Below are positions 42,503 through 50,798 of a stretch of DNA of 56,529 bases, piece by piece (the stretch's first letter is position 1; each line of letters opens with the position of its first letter). The notes beneath the pieces are model-generated. The model did no database searches. It was not told the DNA's origin and saw only the letters and a list, made by a program, of their open reading frames with translations. This DNA is from Devosia sp. (GTDB taxonomy: Bacteria > Pseudomonadota > Alphaproteobacteria > Rhizobiales > Devosiaceae). The position numbers and the translations under genes are program-made. The DNA lies in NCBI GenBank assembly GCA_035565515.1, contig DATMSG010000114.1, forward strand, positions 1 to 56,529. Reading direction: 5' to 3'.

Positions 42503-43282
42503 ATGAAAAGAAAATTGCTTTCTATTCTGCCTCTGGTCTTTATCGCAAGTGTTTCTGCTCCCGTTCAGGCGCAGAATTTGCTTGGTATCATCGGCGGCAG
42601 TGGCGAAGACGCATTGATTACGATCGGCTCAGGCGATGCTTCGAATTCGGGCCTCGTCAATATCGGGCTCGGCGGTGCAAACCAACTGGTCGATGCCCAG
42701 GTCGGCGGCAGTACGAATCTTGCCAATGCTACCGTGGGCACCGGTGGCGGTAGCGCACTGAATGCCAATGTCGGCCTGCTCAACGGGACCGTTGGCGTTG
42801 ATGCCACAGTGGGCGGCGGCAGTCTTGCCAATGTCGGCGTGACGATCGGCCGGCCCGGCACTCCGGGAAATCCTGGAAATCCCGGAAACCCCGGAAATCC
42901 AGGAAATCCGGGCAATCCAGGCAATCCCGGTAACCCCGGTAATCCTGGCGGCCCCGGCGTGTTCTCGGCTTCCAATGGTGGCGGGGCTCCGTCCTGCGCC
43001 GGTGTCAGCGCGCGTGAGGTGCAGCGCCTGATTCAGGGAACGCAGATTAGCGGAGCGTGGCAGCGCGCAAGCAATGTCCAGATCCGTCGCGTCGATCTCT
43101 GCCCGGAATTGCGGACCTGGCTGGCCGCTGCGTTGAGCAGTTCCGGCATCGGCAATTCGCTGCGTTCGGCAATCAATAGCGATAGCCTGCTGAGTGCATC
43201 GATCGAGCGGTCGTCCTATAATTCGAGCCGTGTCTTTGCTGTCCAGCACCGCGGTAACCAGTTGACGGTCTTCGTTTACTGA
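42503..43282 (+). CDS. Secreted Gly/Asn-rich protein with collagen-like (Gly-X-Pro)12 segment
   Basis: Signal peptide (VQA/Q), NAxVG-type repeats, (PGN)9, C-terminal domain with two Cys. Confidence 0.85.
   Translation: MKRKLLSILPLVFIASVSAPVQAQNLLGIIGGSGEDALITIGSGDASNSGLVNIGLGGANQLVDAQVGGSTNLANATVGTGGGSALNANVGLLNGTVGVDATVGGGSLANVGVTIGRPGTPGNPGNPGNPGNPGNPGNPGNPGNPGNPGGPGVFSASNGGGAPSCAGVSAREVQRLIQGTQISGAWQRASNVQIRRVDLCPELRTWLAAALSSSGIGNSLRSAINSDSLLSASIERSSYNSSRVFAVQHRGNQLTVFVY
42848..42955 (+). repeat. 9-bp period tandem repeat encoding GRP-GTP-(GNP)9-GGP
   Basis: Read directly from the sequence; synonymous codons vary between units. Confidence 0.95.
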
Positions 43283-43339
43283 GGTTCCGGACGTCCCGCT
43301 TATTTCTCCGGGTGCGCAAATTTTGGACCCAATATCTTG

Positions 43340-43368
43340 GCATGTCGCCTAAATTATGGGCGACATGC
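43340..43368. promoter_or_regulatory. Perfect inverted repeat with an NtrC-like core upstream of the ABC transporter
   Basis: GCATGTCGCC-TAAATTATG-GGCGACATGC. Confidence 0.45.
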
Positions 43369-43457
43369 GGAAATGACCTCTTTCTAACTGATTTTTGCTT
43401 GCGTCTCCAAAAATGCTGCGCTTGTCTGGCGTCGTAATTCATTTGGGGACGTCATTC

Positions 43458-44477
43458 ATGCTCAACCGCAGGCATTTTACTGCCGCCATCCTGCTCAGTT
43501 CGTTGGCCTTTACCGTGCCGGCCCTGGCGCAGACGGATGTCAAGCTCACCCTCGACTGGCGCTTCGAAGGTCCGGCTGCTGGCTTTCTCCTCGCTCAGGA
43601 CAATGGCTACTTCGCCGAGGAAGGGCTCAATGTCACCATCGATACCGGCAATGGCTCTGTTGAAGCCATTCCGCGCGTTGCCACCGGCGCCTATCAGTTC
43701 GGCTTCGGCGACATCAATTCGTTGATCAAGTTTCTCGACGAAGACAATACCCAGCCGGTCAAGGCCATCATGATGGTCTATGACAAGCCGGTCTTCTCGG
43801 TCATCGGCCGCAAATCGCTGGGCGTTACCGACGATCCGAAGTCGCTCGAAGGCAAGAAGCTCGGCGCGCCGCCGCCGGATGGGGCCTTCGCCCAGTGGCC
43901 GGCATTCGTCGAAGCGGCCGATATCGACACTTCGGGGATCACGCTCGAATCCATCGGCTTTCCGGTGCGCGAGCCCATGCTGGCCTCGGGCGATGTCGAT
44001 GGCGTTTTCGGCTTTGCCTTTTCCGTGATCCTCAACCTCAAGGCCAATGGCGTGCCGGACGACGATATCGCCACCATTCTTTTCGCCGATCACGGGCTGA
44101 ACCTTTATGGCAATGCCATCATGGTCAACGAGGCCTTTGCCGAGGAAAATCCGGAGGCAGTAAAGGGTTTTCTGCGTGCGCTGGCCAAGGGCTTTGCCGA
44201 TGCGGTGAGCGATCCGGCCGCCGGCGCCGCCGCGGTTCTGGCACGCAACGAAACGCTTGATATCGGTACCGAAACTGCGCGCCTGACCATGGCGAACGAG
44301 ATGAACATCAAGACGCCCTATGTGGTCGAGAACGGTTTTGGCGGGGTGGACGAGGCGCGTCTCGCAGCCTCGATCGACACGCTGAAAATCTCCATGGGCC
44401 TCAAGGGCAATGTGACGGCGGCTGACATCTTCGATCCGCAATATCTGTCGCCCGCCGCAGAGCGCATGCTGCCCTGA
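43458..44477 (+). CDS. ABC transporter substrate-binding protein, NMT1/THI5-SsuA family
   Basis: Signal peptide, 'LDWRFEG....F.LA...GYF.EEGL.V.I..G.GS', LYGN. Confidence 0.9.
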   Translation: MLNRRHFTAAILLSSLAFTVPALAQTDVKLTLDWRFEGPAAGFLLAQDNGYFAEEGLNVTIDTGNGSVEAIPRVATGAYQFGFGDINSLIKFLDEDNTQPVKAIMMVYDKPVFSVIGRKSLGVTDDPKSLEGKKLGAPPPDGAFAQWPAFVEAADIDTSGITLESIGFPVREPMLASGDVDGVFGFAFSVILNLKANGVPDDDIATILFADHGLNLYGNAIMVNEAFAEENPEAVKGFLRALAKGFADAVSDPAAGAAAVLARNETLDIGTETARLTMANEMNIKTPYVVENGFGGVDEARLAASIDTLKISMGLKGNVTAADIFDPQYLSPAAERMLP

Positions 44478-44548
44478 GGCACTCTCGCCATTCTCCCTCT
44501 GCGAGGGGAGAATGTTGAATTCCCGGGCGATAAGGGCGCCCGGGCTAT

Positions 44549-44605
44549 CCGCTCCGAACCATTCTTCCGGGGGAACGGGAATGGTTCGGGGCGGACCCTT
44601 TTTCT
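44549..44605 (+). terminator. Long hairpin with U-tract after the SBP gene
   Basis: CCGCTCCGAACCATTC...GAATGGTTCGGGGCGG then CCCTTTTT. Confidence 0.6.
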
Positions 44606-44620
44606 TGCTGGGGTTTAGAC

Positions 44621-45412
44621 ATGGCACCACCGCTGGTCTCCATCGAAAATGTCGATATGCGCTATGGCGGGCCGGACGGCACGCTGGCGGTGAGCGGGCT
44701 TAATCTCAAAATCAATCGCGGCGAGTTTGTCGCCGTGGTCGGCCCTTCGGGGTGCGGCAAGTCCACGCTGATGAAGCTGACGACGGGGCTGCACATTCCG
44801 CAGGCGGGCGCTGTCGTCGTTGCCGATCAACAGGTGACCAAACCCATCTCCATCGTTGGCATGGCTTTTCAAAATCCGACCATGCTGCCCTGGCGAACGA
44901 CGTTGGATAACATTCTTCTGCCGCTCGAAATCGTCGAGAGGCACCGCCATCGCCTGCGCGCCCACAAGGCTGAATATGTCGCCAAGGCCGAAAAGCTGCT
45001 GGAAACGGTGGGGCTGAAAGGCTTTGGCGAAAAATTTCCCTGGCAGCTTTCCGGCGGCATGCAGCAACGGGCCAATCTTTGCCGCGCGCTGATCCATGAA
45101 CCGGAACTGCTGATGCTCGACGAGCCTTTTGGGGCGCTCGACGCCTTTACCCGTGAAGAACTCTGGTGCGTCATCCGCGATCTGCATGCCAGCCAGGATG
45201 TGACCATCGTTCTTGTAACCCATGACCTGCGCGAGAGCGTGTTTCTCGCCGACAAGGTGGTGGTGATGTCGGCGCGGCCGGGCAGGGTGATCGGCGAGCA
45301 TGAAGTGCCGTTTGAGCGGCCGCGACAGCTCGAATTGCTCTACGAGCCTGATTTCAACGAAATGGTGCAGAAGCTGCACGGGGAAATCGCCACTGCGAGG
45401 GCTGCCGCATGA
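44621..45412 (+). CDS. ABC transporter ATP-binding protein (TauB/SsuB-like)
   Basis: GPSGCGKST, LSGGMQQR, LDEPFGALD, VTHD. Confidence 0.94.
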   Translation: MAPPLVSIENVDMRYGGPDGTLAVSGLNLKINRGEFVAVVGPSGCGKSTLMKLTTGLHIPQAGAVVVADQQVTKPISIVGMAFQNPTMLPWRTTLDNILLPLEIVERHRHRLRAHKAEYVAKAEKLLETVGLKGFGEKFPWQLSGGMQQRANLCRALIHEPELLMLDEPFGALDAFTREELWCVIRDLHASQDVTIVLVTHDLRESVFLADKVVVMSARPGRVIGEHEVPFERPRQLELLYEPDFNEMVQKLHGEIATARAAA

Positions 45413-46224
45413 CGACGCTCGATACGCCAAGGCCGGTCGCGGTCCCGCCAAAGCCCAGTTTCAAGGTCAATTGGGTGCGGCTCGCGCCGTTTCTCTATAC
45501 GGTGGCGCTTTTCGTGCTCTGGGAGGTCGGTGTCCGCATTTCCGGACTGCCGCATACCATCCTGCCGACGCCGACGCGCGTTTTCGAGGCGATCGTTCAA
45601 TATTGGTCGCCGATGTGGAAGAATTCGCTTCAGACGCTCTATACGACCGTGTTGGGCTTCCTGATCGCCGTCGTGGCCGGGCTCGGCATCGGTCTCTTCA
45701 TCGGCTGGTCCAAAACCATCTATGCCGGCCTCTATCCGATCATGGTTGGCTTCAATGCCATTCCCAAGGTGGCGCTGGTGCCGATCCTCGTCATCTGGTT
45801 CGGCATCGGCACGGTGCCGGCCGTGCTGACGGCGTTCCTGATTTCCTTCTTCCCCATCGTCGTAAATGTCGCCACGGGTCTCGCCACGATCGAACCGGAA
45901 ACCGAGGACGTGCTGCGCGCGCTCGGCGCCAAGAAGATGGACATCATGCTGAAGGTCGGCATTCCGCGCTCCATGCCCTATTTCTTCGGCTCGCTGAAGG
46001 TAGCCATCACGCTGGCCTTTGTCGGTTCGGTGGTCAGCGAAACTGTGGCCTCCAATTCCGGCCTTGGCAATATGATGGCTTCGGCGCAGTCCAACTTCAA
46101 CGTGCCGCTGGTATTCGCCGGGCTGCTGATGCTCGCCGTCGAGGGCATTGCCATGTATGCGCTCATGGCCTGGGTCGAAAAGCGTATGACGGGCTGGGCA
46201 CATCGTTCGACGATGGCCAACTAG
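45409..46224 (+). CDS. ABC transporter permease (TauC/SsuC-like)
   Basis: IPKVALVPILVIWFGIG, FFPIVVN, EAA-like loop. Confidence 0.93.
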   Translation: MTTLDTPRPVAVPPKPSFKVNWVRLAPFLYTVALFVLWEVGVRISGLPHTILPTPTRVFEAIVQYWSPMWKNSLQTLYTTVLGFLIAVVAGLGIGLFIGWSKTIYAGLYPIMVGFNAIPKVALVPILVIWFGIGTVPAVLTAFLISFFPIVVNVATGLATIEPETEDVLRALGAKKMDIMLKVGIPRSMPYFFGSLKVAITLAFVGSVVSETVASNSGLGNMMASAQSNFNVPLVFAGLLMLAVEGIAMYALMAWVEKRMTGWAHRSTMAN

Positions 46225-46226
46225 GG

Positions 46227-46244
46227 CTGTCACAAAAGTGCAAT
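46227..46244 (+). promoter_or_regulatory. Putative Pho box upstream of ppk2
   Basis: CTGTCAC-AAAA-GTGCAAT compared with the CTGTCAT-N4-CTGTCAT consensus. Confidence 0.45.
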
Positions 46245-46284
46245 CCTGGTGTGGCCAATGGTGCCGCACCCGGAGGGCCTTCAA

Positions 46285-47220
46285 ATGAACGACTTCGACC
46301 AAAACGCGCGCTTCGAACAATTCGAAGCAGAGCTGAACCGCATTCGCGAAGAGATTACCGACAGCTTTGACGAAGAGCTCGAGCTGCAGTTCGAGGACGA
46401 CCAGCTCGAGGCGCTGGCCGAAGAGGGCGAGCGGGCAGGGCGCAAATCCATCGACCGCAATGTCTACTTCCGCGAGCTGTTCCGCCTGCAGCACGAACTG
46501 GTTCGTCTGCAGGACTGGATTGTTCATAACAAACTGAAGGTTGCAGTCATTTTCGAAGGTCGTGATTCCGCCGGCAAGGGTGGGGCGATCAAGCGCATTA
46601 CCCAGCGGCTCAATCCGCGCGTCTGCCGCGTCGTAGCGCTGCCGGCGCCGTCCGACCGCGAAAAGACCCAATGGTATTTCCAGCGCTACGTGCCGCACCT
46701 GCCGGCGGCAGGCGAAATGGTGCTGTTCGACCGCTCCTGGTACAATCGCGCCGGTGTCGAGCGGGTCATGGGCTTTTGCTCCCCGGACGAGCTGGAAGAA
46801 TTCTTCCGCACGGTGCCCGAATTCGAAAAGATGCTCATGCGTTCGGGCATCATCCTCATAAAATTCTGGTTCTCCATCACCAATGAAGAGCAGGAATTCC
46901 GCTTCCGCATGCGCATTCAGGATCCGCTGAAGCAGTGGAAGCTTTCGCCCATGGATATGGAATCCCGCCGGCATTGGGAGGATTATACCAAGGCCAAGGA
47001 AGACATGCTGGCGCGGACCCATACCAGGGAATCGCCATGGTGGGTGGTGCAGGCCGACGACAAGAAGCGTGCGCGGCTCAATTGCATCGCGCATCTGCTC
47101 GAAGCCATTCCTTATGATGAGGTGCCCATGCAGGACATTGTCCTGCCCGAGCGCATCCGCCACCCCGACTATCACCGCGGCCCGGTGCCGCAGGAGATGT
47201 ATGTGAAGGCGGTTTACTGA
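46285..47220 (+). CDS. ppk2: Polyphosphate kinase 2
   Basis: FEGRDSAGKGG, WYFQRY, FDRSWYNRAGVE, WKLSPMD, DDKKRARLN; ATG 46285 after GGAGG. Confidence 0.96.
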   Translation: MNDFDQNARFEQFEAELNRIREEITDSFDEELELQFEDDQLEALAEEGERAGRKSIDRNVYFRELFRLQHELVRLQDWIVHNKLKVAVIFEGRDSAGKGGAIKRITQRLNPRVCRVVALPAPSDREKTQWYFQRYVPHLPAAGEMVLFDRSWYNRAGVERVMGFCSPDELEEFFRTVPEFEKMLMRSGIILIKFWFSITNEEQEFRFRMRIQDPLKQWKLSPMDMESRRHWEDYTKAKEDMLARTHTRESPWWVVQADDKKRARLNCIAHLLEAIPYDEVPMQDIVLPERIRHPDYHRGPVPQEMYVKAVY

Positions 47221-47289
47221 GCGCCTTCCCGGCTTGCCTCCGGTGACGGTTGCGCCGACAATGTCGGCGCAGCGAGCCGGAGGCAGGTT

Positions 47290-49461
47290 TTGGCCGATAC
47301 CAGTAATGTCGTGGGCGGCGGCCCCAAGAAAGTTCTTTATACCCTCGCGACCATCGGCAAGATGGGCGTGGGCAAGGCAGCCAAGGCGCTGACAGCCAAG
47401 AATACCTGCAAGGCCTGTGCCTATGGCATGGGCGGGCAGCATGGCGGCATGACCAATGAACTCGATGAGTTCCCGTCGGTCTGCAACAAGTCGGTACAGG
47501 CGCAATCGACCGACATCCAACCGCCGATCCCCGAGCCGATCTTCGAGCACACCATTGCCGAGCTTGCGGAACTCTCCGGCCGAGAGATGGAAAAACTCGG
47601 ACGCTTGGGCACGCCGTTATTCCGGCGCGCGGGTTCCGAAAAATTCGAGCCGCTCGACTGGGATGCCGCGCTCGATCACGCGGCGCACCGGCTTGCCGAA
47701 ACCGATCCCAGGCGGACGTTCTTTTATTCCTCGGGGCGCTCGTCGAACGAGGCCGGTTTCCTGTTTCAGCTGCTGGCGCGGGCCTATGGCACCAACAATG
47801 TCAACAACTGCTCCTACTATTGCCACCAGGCGACGAGCGAGGGCCTTGCCACCACCATCGGCAAGGGAACGGCGACGGTCGAACTCGAAGACCTGACCGG
47901 AGCCGACCTGATTTTTGTCATCGGCGCCAATCCCTCGTCCAACCATCCGCGCTTCATTCACATGCTGAAGAACTGCCGCGAGCGGGGCGGGCAGGTGATC
48001 GTCATCAATCCGGCCAAGGAGCCGGGACTGGTCAAATTCGCAGTGCCGAAATCGCCGGTTTCGATGCTCAAGGGTGGCAGCGATATTGCCTCGGACTATC
48101 TGCAGCCACGGATCGGTTCGGATATTGCGCTCTTCAAGGGTCTCGCAAAAGCGGTGCTTGAGCAAGGGACGGAGGACCGGGCCTTCATCGCTGCATATGG
48201 CGCCGATTTCGATGCCTTCCGTAACGACATCGATACGCTTGGCTGGGACGAGATCACAGCGGCCTGCGGGCTGTCGCGCGCGGAAATTTCACGCGTGGCA
48301 GAGGCCTATGGGCGCTCGCAGCACGCCGTTTTCGCCTGGGGCATGGGCATGACGCATCACGTCCACGGCGTTGCCAATGTCGAAGCCATTGCCAATCTCG
48401 CGCTGTTGCGCGGTATGATCGGCAAGCGCTTTGCCGGGCTTTTGCCGCTACGCGGGCACTCCAATGTGCAGGGCATTGGCACCATCGGGGTCAAGCCGGT
48501 GCTAGCGCGCGATGTGCTCAAGCGCATGGAAGAGGTGTTCGGCGTCAGCTTCCCCGAGGAAAAGGGGCTCGATACCATGGCCTGCCTCAAGCGCGCCGAG
48601 GCCGGGGAGGTCGATGCTGCCGTTATCATGGGGGGCAATCTCTGGGCGGCGACGCCGGATACCGCTTTTTCGAGCCGCGCCATGGGCGCCATCGGCTTCA
48701 AGCTTTTCCTTACGACAACGTTGAACCAGGGCCATGTGCATGGGCTGGGTGACGGCGAGGTTCTCATTCTGCCGGTCACGGCGCGCGATGAGGAATGGGA
48801 GCCGACCACCCAGGAATCCATGTTCAACTTCGTGCGGCTTTCCGACGGTGGCATCGACCGCATCAGTACCGTGCGGCCGGAAAGCTGGATTCTTGGCCAG
48901 ATCGGCAAGCGCGTCCTGCCGGAGTCCCCTATCGATTTCGACGCTTTTTCCGGCCATGCAAAGCTGCGCGATGCCATCGCTGCCATTGTTCCGGGCATGG
49001 AGGAACTGGCAGATATCGACGTCGCCAAGCGCGAATTCCATATCCGCAACCGCGTGCTGCATGTGCCCGAATTTGGCACTATGGATGGCAAGGCGCATTT
49101 CGTCGTCACGCCGATCCCGACCCACGAAAATGGCAAGCTCATGCTCGCCTCGGTGCGCAGCGAGGGGCAGTTCAATTCCATCATCTACGAGGAGACCGAC
49201 AGCTATCGCGGCAAGGCCGGGCGCCATTCGATCTTCCTCAGCATGGCCGACATGGCCGCGCGCGGCCTCGTCGAGGGGCAGAGGGTAAAAGTGCGCTCGG
49301 CAGTCGGCGAGATGGAGGGCATCGCCACCAGCTTCGACCTGCCCGCCGGTTCGGTGCTCGCCTATTATCCCGAGGCCAATGTGCTCATCGGCACGGAAGT
49401 CGATCCGCGCAGCAAGACACCGGCCTTCAAGTCGGTGCCTGTAGAGGTCGCGGCCGCCTAG
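47290..49461 (+). CDS. FdhF/YdeP family molybdopterin oxidoreductase
   Basis: CKAC...C, FYSSGRSSNE, NNCSYYCHQ, PLRGHSNVQG, C-terminal SKTPAFKS; TTG start. Confidence 0.92.
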   Translation: MADTSNVVGGGPKKVLYTLATIGKMGVGKAAKALTAKNTCKACAYGMGGQHGGMTNELDEFPSVCNKSVQAQSTDIQPPIPEPIFEHTIAELAELSGREMEKLGRLGTPLFRRAGSEKFEPLDWDAALDHAAHRLAETDPRRTFFYSSGRSSNEAGFLFQLLARAYGTNNVNNCSYYCHQATSEGLATTIGKGTATVELEDLTGADLIFVIGANPSSNHPRFIHMLKNCRERGGQVIVINPAKEPGLVKFAVPKSPVSMLKGGSDIASDYLQPRIGSDIALFKGLAKAVLEQGTEDRAFIAAYGADFDAFRNDIDTLGWDEITAACGLSRAEISRVAEAYGRSQHAVFAWGMGMTHHVHGVANVEAIANLALLRGMIGKRFAGLLPLRGHSNVQGIGTIGVKPVLARDVLKRMEEVFGVSFPEEKGLDTMACLKRAEAGEVDAAVIMGGNLWAATPDTAFSSRAMGAIGFKLFLTTTLNQGHVHGLGDGEVLILPVTARDEEWEPTTQESMFNFVRLSDGGIDRISTVRPESWILGQIGKRVLPESPIDFDAFSGHAKLRDAIAAIVPGMEELADIDVAKREFHIRNRVLHVPEFGTMDGKAHFVVTPIPTHENGKLMLASVRSEGQFNSIIYEETDSYRGKAGRHSIFLSMADMAARGLVEGQRVKVRSAVGEMEGIATSFDLPAGSVLAYYPEANVLIGTEVDPRSKTPAFKSVPVEVAAA

Positions 49462-50798
49462 GGTGTGGCTGCCTCGGCCGTTTCAGCGCCGGGACCGACC
49501 TGCAAAAGGCTCGGTTCGGTGCCGAATATGCGTTCAGCGACGCGCTTGATGTCTTCCCCCGTCACCGCCTCGATGCTCTTCTGACGCTCGCCGGCATAGT
49601 CGATGGGGAGACCCTGCAATTGCTGCACAACCATGGTGATGGCGATGGCGACCGAGGACCGCAATTGGTTGATGGGATAGGCGCCGACCAGATAGCGTTT
49701 GGTGCGTTCGAGCGCCGCCGGGTCGGGGCCTTCTGCAGCCATCCTGGCCAGCGTTGCCCGAATGACATCGATGGCTTCGGCCGACTGGTCGGGGCGGGTC
49801 GAGGCGCCGATGGTCAGTGCATCTGCCTCGTCCAGATTGACGAGCCCGCCGGAGACGCCATAGCTCAATCCTCGCTTCTCCCGCACTTCGCGGTTGAGTT
49901 CGGACAGGAGGCTGCTGCCCGCCAGCATTTCGGTCATCACATGGGCAGCGAAAAAATCGGGATCGCTTGGCTTGATGCCGGGATAGGCGAGGTTGATCGA
50001 AGTCTGGGGCAGGGGATAGTCCACGGCCAGGTTCTGCCCAAAGCTCAGTTTCGCGGGCGCGATTTCGGCGAGTTGCGGGGATTCTGGCAGGGCGCCGAAA
50101 ATGGCGTCGATCATCTTGCCGGCCGCTTCCGCGTCGAGGGCGCCGACGATTCCGATCCTGAGATTGCCGCGGGCAAAAAGGGCCTTGTGGAACTGGCGTA
50201 GGTCGTCGGCGGTGATGCCGGGCAGGCTCGTGGCGGTGCCTTCCAGCGGGCGAGCATAGGGGTGCGTGCCGAATAGCGCCTCGTTCCACATGCGCCCGGC
50301 GGCATAGCCGGGATCTTGCGCGTGTGAAGCGATGCCGGCGAGGACCTGCGCGCGCATGCGGTCGATGGCCGATTGGTCGAAACGCGGTTCGTTGACGGCG
50401 AGCGCCAAGAGGCCGGTCGCGTCCTCGCGCTGGTCGGCCAGCATGCGGGCAAAGCCGGTAAAAGAATCGAAATTGGCCGAAAAGCCCATTTCCAGGCCGA
50501 CGTCATCGAGCCTGGTCTGGAAGGCATTGCTGTCGAGCTCCCCAGCGCCTTCGTCGAATAGCGATGACATGAGGGACGCCAGGCCCACCTTGTCGTCGGG
50601 ATCCTGCGCCGCGCCGCCCTGGAAGGCAAAGGCGATGGTGACGATGGGCACCGTGTAGTCTTCCACCATGCCGGCCTCGATGCCGCCCGGTGAGGTGATG
50701 GATTTGAACGCGACGTCGGCCTGGCTCGGCAGGGCAAAGCCAAGGAGCATCAGCGGAGCGACAAGCGCGGGCAGGGCACGGCGAATGGTTGCGATCAT
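49458..50798 (-). CDS. M16 (pitrilysin) family peptidase, non-catalytic partner subunit
   Basis: Signal peptide, VREKRGLSY, no HxxEH; ATG 50798. Confidence 0.9.
   Translation of the reverse strand: MIATIRRALPALVAPLMLLGFALPSQADVAFKSITSPGGIEAGMVEDYTVPIVTIAFAFQGGAAQDPDDKVGLASLMSSLFDEGAGELDSNAFQTRLDDVGLEMGFSANFDSFTGFARMLADQREDATGLLALAVNEPRFDQSAIDRMRAQVLAGIASHAQDPGYAAGRMWNEALFGTHPYARPLEGTATSLPGITADDLRQFHKALFARGNLRIGIVGALDAEAAGKMIDAIFGALPESPQLAEIAPAKLSFGQNLAVDYPLPQTSINLAYPGIKPSDPDFFAAHVMTEMLAGSSLLSELNREVREKRGLSYGVSGGLVNLDEADALTIGASTRPDQSAEAIDVIRATLARMAAEGPDPAALERTKRYLVGAYPINQLRSSVAIAITMVVQQLQGLPIDYAGERQKSIEAVTGEDIKRVAERIFGTEPSLLQVGPGAETAEAATP

Noticed and set aside
42848-42955. Tandem repeat as a CRISPR array or DNA-level contingency locus
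   Set aside because: 9-bp period, no spacers, in frame and synonymous-diverged; it is a protein repeat.
42565-42975. Minus-strand ORF with (PGL/PGF)n collagen-like repeats
   Set aside because: Reverse-complement image of the (PGN)n repeat; the plus-strand gene has a signal peptide and RBS.
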